NCBI GenBank assembly: GCA_022839105.1
Contig: JALHDH010000003.1
Location: 66-64,065, forward strand
Length of the DNA: 64,000 nucleotides
Reading direction: 5' to 3'
Source: a bacterium
Lineage (GTDB): Bacteria > Vulcanimicrobiota > Xenobia > Xenobiales > Xenobiaceae
The position numbers were made by a program, and so were the translations under genes. The notes beneath the pieces are model-generated. The model was given only the letters and a program-made list of their open reading frames with translations. It was not told where the DNA came from and ran no database searches. The stretch's first letter is position 1, and each line of letters starts with the position of its first letter. Positions 26,940-35,106 of the stretch are shown piece after piece.

Positions 26940-27182
26940 GCCAGACCTCAGGGCCGAGCTCCCCGGTGAGGGGGCGCCCCTTCCTTCCGCACAAGCCGGC
27001 TTCGCCCTTTCCCGTTTCGGGATCCCCGGGAGGCCCGAAGGCCTGGAGGACGAGCCCCCCGCCGGGCGAACTCTGGGGGTGAGGGCGGGGTTCCGCCCCT
27101 CGGCAGCCTTCCTCGGAGAGGTCCCGTCTTCCCGAGGTCGGCCAAGGAATCTGGGCTCGAGCCCCCTGGAGGTGCCCGTCGC

Positions 27183-28031
27183 GTGGCCAGGCCTGCGTCT
27201 GAATCCGAAGAATCCCATCCCGAGAAGGGGCCCGATCCGGAGTCCGCTCTCGAAACCGGCGCTCCGGCCAGGCCCGTCGAAGAGGCCCTGGCCCCGGCCG
27301 GAGAACCGAAGTCCTCTTCGGAAGAGCCGTCCCGCTCGGGCGGGATCGACTGGCTGACCGTGGCCCTGGTCCTGGTCGCCCTGCTCAACGTGGGCCTGTG
27401 GATCTTCCTCAAGCAGCGCGCCGATCAGGTCCCGGGAACCCTTCATGGGGGGGGGCTCCCGCCTCATCCCGGGGCTCCGGCGCAGATCGCCGATCCGCCC
27501 CCGTCTCCCGGCCTTCCACACCAGAGCCCCCCTGCGCTGCCTCCATCTCCTGGGGCTCCGGACCAGGCGCCTTCGCCACCGCCTTCTCCTGCCCAGCTCC
27601 CGGGTGAGGCCTCCCCGGCTCCTCCGCCTCCTCCTCCGCCTCCTTCGCCCCCATCCCCACCGGAACCGGGGTCGACTCCGCTCTCGATGGGGCCCAAGGA
27701 CCAGATCCTCCCTTGCCTGGAGATCCTCTCACAGAAGGGGGTGGACGTCGCCCCGGTCCGGGCCCTCCTCGAGGAATCCGAAACCGCCGCTCCAAGCCCG
27801 GGCGTGGGGACCCGGATCACGGGCGAACAGAAGGCGCTCGAGGCGACGGCGCTCCTGATGCAGAAAACCTTCGCCGAGGAGATGGCTCCCCTGAAGAGCA
27901 AGGCGTCCAAGGCCAAGGTCCGGCAGGTCGAGGCCCAGGTCGAGGAGGCCCAGGCCAAGGCCAAACAGGGGCGTCTGATGGATGCCGTGGATCTCTACCG
28001 CCAGGCCCTGGACGCCCTGAAGGGGGGATAG
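27183..28031 (+). CDS. Proline-rich single-pass membrane protein with a C-terminal coiled-coil-like region
   Basis: GTG start. TM segment WLTVALVLVALLNVGLWIFL. About 90 aa of P/S/A-rich sequence (PPPSPGLPHQSPPALPPSPGAPDQAPSPPPSPAQ...PPPPPPPPSPPSPPEP). The ordered C-terminus is KSKASKAKVRQVEAQVEEAQAKAKQGRLMDAVDLYRQALDAL. Confidence 0.55.
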   Translation: MARPASESEESHPEKGPDPESALETGAPARPVEEALAPAGEPKSSSEEPSRSGGIDWLTVALVLVALLNVGLWIFLKQRADQVPGTLHGGGLPPHPGAPAQIADPPPSPGLPHQSPPALPPSPGAPDQAPSPPPSPAQLPGEASPAPPPPPPPPSPPSPPEPGSTPLSMGPKDQILPCLEILSQKGVDVAPVRALLEESETAAPSPGVGTRITGEQKALEATALLMQKTFAEEMAPLKSKASKAKVRQVEAQVEEAQAKAKQGRLMDAVDLYRQALDALKGG

Positions 28032-28045
28032 GGCCGGCCTCCCCT

Positions 28046-28771
28046 TCAATGGACCTCTGGAGACCAGTGGTCGAAGCTGCGGACCATCCGCTCGTAGGCC
28101 GGCAAGGTCTCCGCCAGGCGCTCCTCAGGGCAGAGCAGGACCAGCGCGAAGCACTTGGGGCGGGCGATCACGTAGGTTGCGACGGCCATCCAGGGCGAGG
28201 CCTGGTTCTTGAACAGGAACCGGCGCACGGTCCTCCGGGACTCGAAGCGTCCCGCCTTCGGCCGGCTGGACGAGACCTGGGTGAAGGACCGGATTCCCGG
28301 ATCCTGGAGCAGGAAGGCGCAATCCATCGTCGGCATGTCGGCCTCCAGGGGGCGGTCATAGATGCCGAAGGGAGCACAGACGACCCGGACCTGGTCCTGG
28401 GCCGGGGGGGCCACCAGCCGACTCCGGGAACGATTCATCTGCTCGGGGATGCGGATGACCCAGTCGCCCGGGATCTGGAAGCTGTACATGTAGCCCTCGT
28501 GGCGCATGGTCTTCCACTCTTCCGGTCTTGAAGGTTCGGGGGGGGGCTCGACGGGCACGGGGATGGCCCACATGTTCATGTCGTCCCCATCGGAAGACCC
28601 TGAATTCTCGGACTCGGTTCGAGCCGGGGATTCCGTCGGGGCGACCGGGATCGTCGGAGCCGGGGGGGCGGGGGGGGGCTTGAGGATCCCGGCCATGAGG
28701 AACGCGGTCCCCGCCAGGAGCAGGGCCAGGACCAGGTGGCGCCAGTTCCAGTTCACCGATTTCTCCTTCAT
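28046..28771 (-). CDS. Membrane-anchored hypothetical protein with a Pro/Ser/Thr-rich stalk
   Basis: ATG 28771 preceded by AAGGGGG. Anchor HLVLALLLAGTAFLMAGIL, stalk PPPAPPAPTIPVAPTESPARTESENSGSS, then a roughly 170-aa globular domain. Confidence 0.6.
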   Translation of the reverse strand: MKEKSVNWNWRHLVLALLLAGTAFLMAGILKPPPAPPAPTIPVAPTESPARTESENSGSSDGDDMNMWAIPVPVEPPPEPSRPEEWKTMRHEGYMYSFQIPGDWVIRIPEQMNRSRSRLVAPPAQDQVRVVCAPFGIYDRPLEADMPTMDCAFLLQDPGIRSFTQVSSSRPKAGRFESRRTVRRFLFKNQASPWMAVATYVIARPKCFALVLLCPEERLAETLPAYERMVRSFDHWSPEVH

Positions 28772-28824
28772 CGCAACCCCCTTGGTCTCATGAACGGGCC
28801 GGGCGCCCTGCGGCGGTCGGGTCC

Positions 28825-30549
28825 TCACGGGCTGAGCCAGGATTCGAAGAGGGGCCTGGGCCAGGGCAGGCCCTCGGCTCTTTCCCCCAGCGGGTCGTGG
28901 TCCCGGCGCGTCGGATGACGGTAGAGCGTCCAGCGCCCTGCCGGGTCTTCGCCCCACCTGGCGATCTCCTCGTACTCCGAAAGCCAGGAACCCTGGATCT
29001 CGGGGCGTCCCACCAGGATGACCAGCGAGGTCGCCGGATGGGGCGCGGGATTGGGCGGCATGAAGTATTCCACGGTGATCAGCCGTTCTTGCAGGAGGCC
29101 CTGGAACATCAGGGCATCCACGTTCCCCGGCGCCCCCGGCTGGACGATGCCGGTGAGCCGGGTCTCGTCGGATTCCTCCAGTTCGCTCAGGACCCGCCTG
29201 GCGATGGGGCCGATCTCCTGGCTTGGAATCCCGAACACGTTGTACCGGGGAACATGCCAGCTCAGCTTTCCGTGGCCCGTCAGCCCCTGGACCCATTGCT
29301 CCGAGGGGGTGATCCGTTCTGGGAGGGTCCCCCCGAGCTGATACAGGCCCAGACCCAGCAACACGGGGGCCAGGGCCGGCCAGAACCAGCGGAATCGGCC
29401 CCACCATCCGAAGCCCAGGCTCGTGACCAGGACGGTGGCCGGGAGGATGTAGCGCGGGTGTGGCGGGACTCCCGACAAGGCATAGATCAGGGTCGAAGAC
29501 AGGATTCCGCCCAGCATGGCCAGGGTCGGGAGCCTCAACGGTCGGAGGAGGAGTCCGGCCAGGGTCCCCAGGGCCAGCCATCCGGGGGCCAGCCAGACGC
29601 AGGTGCCCAGGGTTCCCAGGAGAACCCCCAGGGCCTCCAGGGCGGGGAAGGTCTGGGCCAGATCCTGGCCGGCCTTGAAGAGGAGCATCGAGGAGGACAG
29701 GAAGTACCACCAGCCACAGACCATGAAGGCCAGCGCGAAGGCCCAACTGAGCCCCACCCCCGGGCTCCAGCCCTCGCGTCGGCGGATCCAGGCCGCACCC
29801 ACGGCCAGCCAGATCCAGGCGCCCGTGGCGCGGACGAAGCGGACGACCGGGAACTCGGGATCGAAGATTTCGGACTCCAGTCGGAAGAGGATCCCGGTCA
29901 GCACCAGGCAGGCAAGGCATGCCATGGTCAGCAGCCGCGAGCCCCTCCCCCCCCTCCAGGCCAGGATCAGGGGCCAGAGCAGGGCCGGAGCCGTGAAGAA
30001 GAGGAAGGACCACTTCGAGAGCATGCCCAGCCCCAGGACCAGGCCCAGGGCCAGGGTGGGCAGAGGGGAATTCCCGCCCCGGGAGGCCAGCAGGAAGGCG
30101 AAGAAGGCCGCCACCATGGCCAGCGTCCCCACCTCCAGGAAGTAGGCTGTGAGGTTGATGGGGAGCCAGGGGTTCCCGGCTGCCGCCAGAAGGCTCAGCA
30201 TCCCGCCTCCCCGGCCTCCGAGCTCGCGGCCGATCCACCAGGCTCCGGCGAGCAGCGGGATCAGGAAGAGGACCTGGGAGCCCAGGGCCACCAGGTGGGA
30301 GACTCCGAAGAGGCTGTAGAAGGCCGCGCTGACCAGGAACGAGAGCGGAGGATAGTCGTCGGGCAGAAGGGAGAGCCCGGAGGACAGGCGCAGCCAAATC
30401 ACCACGCCGTTCTGGATGGAGCGCCCGGAGTGTTCGGGGAGGGACTCGGGATTCGCCTGGATATAGCCCAGGCAGATCCAGGCCAGCCCGCCGGTCACGG
30501 CCAGCAGGACCAGGACCTCCCATATCCGGACTGCGGGCCTTCCCTGCAT
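28825..30549 (-). CDS. GT-C fold membrane glycosyltransferase (PMT_2 / ArnT-like), second copy
   Basis: ATG 30549 preceded by AGGAGG. DDYPPLSFLV loop motif, more than 10 TM segments and a C-terminal soluble domain. Confidence 0.7.
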   Translation of the reverse strand: MQGRPAVRIWEVLVLLAVTGGLAWICLGYIQANPESLPEHSGRSIQNGVVIWLRLSSGLSLLPDDYPPLSFLVSAAFYSLFGVSHLVALGSQVLFLIPLLAGAWWIGRELGGRGGGMLSLLAAAGNPWLPINLTAYFLEVGTLAMVAAFFAFLLASRGGNSPLPTLALGLVLGLGMLSKWSFLFFTAPALLWPLILAWRGGRGSRLLTMACLACLVLTGILFRLESEIFDPEFPVVRFVRATGAWIWLAVGAAWIRRREGWSPGVGLSWAFALAFMVCGWWYFLSSSMLLFKAGQDLAQTFPALEALGVLLGTLGTCVWLAPGWLALGTLAGLLLRPLRLPTLAMLGGILSSTLIYALSGVPPHPRYILPATVLVTSLGFGWWGRFRWFWPALAPVLLGLGLYQLGGTLPERITPSEQWVQGLTGHGKLSWHVPRYNVFGIPSQEIGPIARRVLSELEESDETRLTGIVQPGAPGNVDALMFQGLLQERLITVEYFMPPNPAPHPATSLVILVGRPEIQGSWLSEYEEIARWGEDPAGRWTLYRHPTRRDHDPLGERAEGLPWPRPLFESWLSP

Positions 30550-30577
30550 CGGGGCCTCCTGTGCGGTTTGAGGAGCC

Positions 30578-31324
30578 TCAGGCGCCCGACTCGGGTGCAG
30601 AAGGGGTCTGACCCGGCGCCCGACGCAGCACGCGCAGGGCCACCATGGCTTCACGGATCAGGGCCTCGTCGTTCCGGTTCTGGTCCACCCGGCCCCGGGC
30701 CTCCAGGGGCATCAGGCTCATGGCCAGGAGGTCCTGCTCCCCTTCCAGGTGCCAGGAGCGGGTCTTTCCCAGTGCCGCCCGGCGATCCTCGTCCAGGAAG
30801 CGGCGAAGGGCCTCCTCATCGGGGCCTCCCACCAGGTAATGGCGGTGGAACTCGGCCGGCGAGGAGAATTCCACCTGGTTGGCGACCTGTCGGAAGGCCA
30901 TCCGCATCGCCTGGTTGGCCAGGTCGGCCAGCATTCCGTCCTGGTCGAGCAGGCCCATCAGCGAGATCCTGGGCAGATCCAGGTCTTCCGAGCGCAAGGC
31001 TGCCAGGGCCGTGGCCTGGCCCTGGCCCGAATCGGCAGCGGAGATCCCGATCAGGTAGAGCCGGGCTCCCTCGACCTGCCGCTCCCAGACCTCCAGGATG
31101 CGGGGAGCCTCTCCATCCGGCCTGCGGAAGAGTTCCTGGACCCGGCGGATGGTCTCGGGATCGACGCCTCCGCTCCGGCGCAGCCCCATGCCCTCGCGGC
31201 GGGCCTGGATCTCGAGTCTGGAACGGCGCGCGCGTTGACGCGAGCGGGCCGCCAGCCAGACCGTGAGCGTGGCGGCCCCGGCCAGGAGGGCGCCTCCGAG
31301 CAGGACGGGATCCTGGAGATCCAT
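30578..31324 (-). CDS. Membrane-anchored hypothetical protein
   Basis: ATG 31324. N-terminal TM VLLGGALLAGAATLTVWLAA followed by a roughly 215-aa soluble domain. No recognised motif. Confidence 0.6.
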   Translation of the reverse strand: MDLQDPVLLGGALLAGAATLTVWLAARSRQRARRSRLEIQARREGMGLRRSGGVDPETIRRVQELFRRPDGEAPRILEVWERQVEGARLYLIGISAADSGQGQATALAALRSEDLDLPRISLMGLLDQDGMLADLANQAMRMAFRQVANQVEFSSPAEFHRHYLVGGPDEEALRRFLDEDRRAALGKTRSWHLEGEQDLLAMSLMPLEARGRVDQNRNDEALIREAMVALRVLRRAPGQTPSAPESGA

Positions 31325-31520
31325 CAGGCGGTCTCGTGGCGCACGCGGACCGGGATGGGTCCGGGTCGGTCTGGAAGGCCTGGGGGCCGGGTGGAGCGGG
31401 GACGAAGGGGGAACATCGGGAAACCTCGGCTCCAGATTCGCCGCGTGGTGGCCTGAAGTCCTGTCTTGTCGGCGGTCGGGGCCTGCCAGGAGCCTTGCTC
31501 CCGGGCACGAACCCCAGGGG

Positions 31521-32306
31521 ATGATCCTGCATGCCGAATCCTGTGGGGAGGGTCCCGTCCTCCTCTTCATCCCGGGCCTGGGGGCGGACCTTTTGTGCTG
31601 GGATTTCCAGGTTCCGGAGCTTTCCCGGGGGTTCCGCCTGGTTCGGCTGGACCTGCCGGGAGCCGGTCGCAGCCCCGCTCTTCCGGGGCCGACCTCCTGC
31701 GGGGAGATGGCCGGGGATGTGGCCGAGACCATGCAGCATCTGGGAATCCCCTCGGCCTTCGTGGTGGGCCACTCCCTGGGAGGAGGCGTGGCCCAGTGCC
31801 TGGCGGCCCGATTCCCGGAGCGGGTGGCGGGGCTGATCCTGGTCGGCACGGCCTCGAGGCTGGAGCCCCGGAGCCTCGAGGTGCTGGAGAGCTGGCTGGC
31901 ATGGAAGCAGGCCGGGCTCTCCCGGGAGGCTTTCGCCCGGGGCTTCCTGCCCTGGCTCCTCTCCCGGGCCTTCTTCGAGAATCCGCTCGCGGTGGCCGAG
32001 GCCACCCGGCTCTACGTCGAGTCCCCCTGGCCCCAGGCCACCCGGGACTTCGCCAACCAGTTGGCAGCCTGCCGCGGCCTGCGGACTGCGGAGCTCCTGC
32101 CCCGAATCCAGGCCCCCGCGCTGATCCTGACGGGCTCTGAGGACCTCCTGACGCCGCCGGCGCAGGGCAGGGAACTGGCCGGGAGCCTGGCCGAAGGCCG
32201 CTTCGTCGAGTTGCCGGAGCTGGCCCACGCCTGCATGGGCGAGGGAGCCAACCTCTTCAACCGGCTGGTCGGGGACTTCGTGCGCGAGCGCCTCTCGCGG
32301 GCCTGA
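31521..32306 (+). CDS. Alpha/beta hydrolase
   Basis: GPVLLFIPGLGAD, nucleophile elbow VVGHSLGG, and late LILTGSEDLL ... LAHACM. Confidence 0.85.
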   Translation: MILHAESCGEGPVLLFIPGLGADLLCWDFQVPELSRGFRLVRLDLPGAGRSPALPGPTSCGEMAGDVAETMQHLGIPSAFVVGHSLGGGVAQCLAARFPERVAGLILVGTASRLEPRSLEVLESWLAWKQAGLSREAFARGFLPWLLSRAFFENPLAVAEATRLYVESPWPQATRDFANQLAACRGLRTAELLPRIQAPALILTGSEDLLTPPAQGRELAGSLAEGRFVELPELAHACMGEGANLFNRLVGDFVRERLSRA

Positions 32307-32334
32307 AGGCCCGCCTCCCGGGCCGGGTCGCTCT

Positions 32335-33420
32335 TCAGGGGGCGGGGGGAGGCTCAGGCTTCGGAGCGGAGTCCGGGGGAGGGGGCTCGCTCAGGGGCGT
32401 CCACCCGAAGAAGCGGATCATCTCCTGATAGGTCTCGGCCTCCCGGTTCAGCAGGCCGTGGTGCTTGTCTCCCGACAGGACCGTGACCTCGACGCCTGGA
32501 GGCCCCACGCTGGCCACCGGGACCAGGCCGTCGCCCTCGGTGAAGAGGGGACCGCCCTTCTCGGCCGGGGTCAGGAGCCCCCGGGCGGCCACCGCGTGGA
32601 AGTCCTCGATGCGGCTGGCCTGCTCTTCCCAGCGCGAGTTCAGATCGCTCAGGCGGGGGTTGGAGGAGCCCTTCCCATGGTCGGGGGCCATCCAGTCCAG
32701 GGCCGGCAGATCCCCCACGGTCAGGCCGCCCATGCTCATGGCCCAGCGGATGTCGCGTTGGATCACGTGCCGGGCCAGTTCGGCGAAGCGGGTGCCGCGG
32801 TTGGGGGTCCCCAGCATCATCAGGCGCCCGACGGCCTTTCCGCCTCGATCCAGGTAGACCCGGGTGCTCAAGCCACCCATGCTGTAGGCCTCCACGTCCA
32901 GGCGCGGGGCTCCGGTGGCCTGGCGGATGGCCTCGAAGTTCCGGTCGAGCTCGTCGGCCGCCACGTCGGGCGGGGCATGCCCATCCTTCATTACGACCTG
33001 GAAGACCCTGGCTTCGGCGGGCACCGAGTCGGGGGCGGCCTGAATGCTGGTCTCGAAGTCCTGGAAGAAGCGGCCGTCCTGGACGAAGAAGACCTGGCCG
33101 CCGTTGAGTCCTCCCTCGGTCAGCTTGGAGCCCAGATCGTGGAAGGCCTCCTGTCGGGTGGTCCATCCGGGGACCATCACGAAGGGGCGCTGGAGTTCGA
33201 CCCGGGGCTGTCCCTGGAGGGGTCGCTCCTGGTCCAACCGGCGCTCGGTCCGGGCCCCCTCCAGCTTGTAGATCAGGCCGGTGGCTACGAAATGCCCCAA
33301 GGTCAGCGCATCTTCGACCTGGGGGGGCAGGGCCTCGGGCGAGTCGAGCGGCGGGCTCGTCCCGGGAACGACGACGGGCCGGCAGGAGGGAGAACCCGGA
33401 TGAAGGCGAGGGACATCCAT
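32335..33420 (-). CDS. Lipase/esterase-like alpha/beta hydrolase (PGAP1/lipase class 2-like)
   Basis: PFVMVPGWTT, GxSxG elbow EAYSMGGLS, GDGLVPV and HHGLL as catalytic Asp/His candidates. ATG 33420 was chosen; 33492 is possible. Confidence 0.7.
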   Translation of the reverse strand: MDVPRLHPGSPSCRPVVVPGTSPPLDSPEALPPQVEDALTLGHFVATGLIYKLEGARTERRLDQERPLQGQPRVELQRPFVMVPGWTTRQEAFHDLGSKLTEGGLNGGQVFFVQDGRFFQDFETSIQAAPDSVPAEARVFQVVMKDGHAPPDVAADELDRNFEAIRQATGAPRLDVEAYSMGGLSTRVYLDRGGKAVGRLMMLGTPNRGTRFAELARHVIQRDIRWAMSMGGLTVGDLPALDWMAPDHGKGSSNPRLSDLNSRWEEQASRIEDFHAVAARGLLTPAEKGGPLFTEGDGLVPVASVGPPGVEVTVLSGDKHHGLLNREAETYQEMIRFFGWTPLSEPPPPDSAPKPEPPPAP

Positions 33421-33448
33421 GATCTCATCGTAGGATGATGGCGCCCTG

Positions 33449-33478
33449 AATTTGGAGAATCGGAGGTTAAAATTTGGA
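33449..33478. promoter_or_regulatory. AT-rich direct repeat AATTTGGA x2 (22-bp period) in the lipase/glpT divergent intergenic region
   Basis: AATTTGGA at 33449-33456 and 33471-33478. A TAAAAT -10-like hexamer at 33468-33473 overlaps the second copy. Confidence 0.35.
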
Positions 33479-33595
33479 CACGTCCGACTCATGGGGAGGG
33501 CTGCGGCCCGGGCCGCCCGGCTCCCCCCCGCCTCCGGCCCGAAACCGGCAGGGCAGGAGGTTCGGGCGGGAAGCCGGGGAATCGGTGAATCTTCC

Positions 33596-33654
33596 GGTTC
33601 CCCCCGGGCCTCTGGGGCGCGGCGCTCCGGGCCCGGGAACCCACCCGTTTTTTT
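33596..33654 (+). promoter_or_regulatory. Structured GC-rich hairpin plus T7 tract in the glpT leader (possible attenuator)
   Basis: GGTTCC(CCC)CGGGCC at 33596-33610 pairs with GGCCCGGGAACC at 33630-33641. TTTTTTT at 33648-33654 is followed directly by CGGAGG and ATG 33668. Confidence 0.35.
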
Positions 33655-33667
33655 CGGAGGACCCGAC

Positions 33668-35074
33668 ATGTCCGATCCAGGAAGGGGGCTGGGCTTTCTC
33701 TCCGCCCCGCCTGCCAGGCCGCGCCTGCCTCGCCAGGAGGTCGACCGCCTCTATCCGATTCTGCGGATGCAGGTCTTCGCCGGCATCTTCCTGGGGTACG
33801 CGGGGTTCTACCTGATCCGCAACAATCTGACCCTGGTCTCGGCCCTGATGAAGAAAGAGGGCCTGATGACCGACCTGGAGTACGGCATCATCGCCAATGC
33901 CGTCCTGCTGGCCTACGGGTTCTCGAAGTTCTTCTCGGCCGTGGTCTCCGACCGGGCCAACGCCCGCTATTTCATGCCTCTGGGCCTGGCCCTGTCGGCC
34001 CTGATGAACTTCGTGGTGGCCTTCGTCCCGGCCGTGGCGGCCTCGGTCAGCCTCTTCGCCACGGCGATGTTCGTCAATGGCTGGGTCCAGGGCATGGGCT
34101 GGCCTCCGTCCGGACGAATCCTGGTGTACTGGTTCTCGACCCGGGAACGGGGCTGGAAGACCTCGGTCTGGAACTGCGCGCACAACGTCGGGGGCGCCGG
34201 GGTCGGCCTGGCCGTCGCCTACGGCCTGCAGATGACGGGGAATGACTGGCACTCGGCCTTCTGGTTCCCGGCCCTGATCGCCGTGGGAGTGGCCCTGCTC
34301 ACCTTCATGCTGCTGCGCGATCGGCCCGAGGCGGTGGGGCTTCCGCCCATCGAGGAGTATCGCAACGACCCGGCCAAGGTCGAGGTCCGCGACGAGTCGG
34401 TCCATCGGATGGGGATCTGGGGCGTGATCCGCACCTATATCCTGACCGACCGGACGATCATGCTGCTGGCCCTGTGCAACGTCTTCGTCTACACGCTGCG
34501 CTACGGGGTGCTCAACTGGATCCCGATCTTCCTTCACGATGTCCGCCACGCCGATGTCGCCGAGGGAATCACCGGATTCGCCGTCTTCGAGCTGGCCGGC
34601 ATCATCGGCACGCTGCTTTGCGGTTGGCTCTCCGACCGGGTCTTCAAGGGCTATCGGACGGGCGCGGGCAAGGTCTTCCTGGGGGCATTGGCCGTCGCCA
34701 TCGCCGTGTACTGGCTCTTGCCGGTCTCGGCCCCGATCTGGATCTCCATCGTGATGGTGGCGATCATCGGCGGGTTGATCTACGGGCCGGTCATGCTGAT
34801 CGGATTGCAGGCCATCGATCTGTCGCCTCGGGCCGTGTGTGGCCAGGCGGCCGGCTTCACGGGCCTTTTCGGCTACGTGCTGGGAGCCACCCTGGCCTCT
34901 TCCGGGGTGGGCCTGCTGGTCCACAACTTCGGCTGGGACCTCACCTTCGTCGCGCTGATCCTGTGCACCGTCGTGGCCTGGATCCTGATGGCCATGGTCG
35001 GCAAGCAGGAGCGGGCCCTGATGGAGGCCCACGACCTGAGGTGCAACGGCCAGGAGGGAGCCCAGGAGGCCTGA
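33668..35074 (+). CDS. glpT: Glycerol-3-phosphate / organophosphate:phosphate antiporter (MFS OPA family)
   Basis: Collinear with E. coli GlpT: RLPRQEVDRLYPILRMQVF.GIFLGYAGFYLIRNN, AYGFSKFFSAVVSDRANAR, and WVQGMGWPPSGR...WFSTRERG...SVWNCAHNVGGA. Confidence 0.9.
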   Translation: MSDPGRGLGFLSAPPARPRLPRQEVDRLYPILRMQVFAGIFLGYAGFYLIRNNLTLVSALMKKEGLMTDLEYGIIANAVLLAYGFSKFFSAVVSDRANARYFMPLGLALSALMNFVVAFVPAVAASVSLFATAMFVNGWVQGMGWPPSGRILVYWFSTRERGWKTSVWNCAHNVGGAGVGLAVAYGLQMTGNDWHSAFWFPALIAVGVALLTFMLLRDRPEAVGLPPIEEYRNDPAKVEVRDESVHRMGIWGVIRTYILTDRTIMLLALCNVFVYTLRYGVLNWIPIFLHDVRHADVAEGITGFAVFELAGIIGTLLCGWLSDRVFKGYRTGAGKVFLGALAVAIAVYWLLPVSAPIWISIVMVAIIGGLIYGPVMLIGLQAIDLSPRAVCGQAAGFTGLFGYVLGATLASSGVGLLVHNFGWDLTFVALILCTVVAWILMAMVGKQERALMEAHDLRCNGQEGAQEA

Positions 35075-35106
35075 AGGCCTGGCCGTGGGCTCCGGGGCGG
35101 CCCGGG

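Noticed and set aside
27440-27690. A tandem DNA repeat or VNTR in the proline-rich region.
   Set aside because: The region is codon-level low complexity (CCN/TCN runs) without an exact repeating nucleotide unit. It is better explained as a P/S-rich coding tract.
28897-31266. A 789-aa plus-strand ORF across the GT-C gene.
   Set aside because: It is G/P/R/Q-rich and featureless. The opposite strand encodes a polytopic membrane protein with AGGAGG + ATG and a second well-formed gene.
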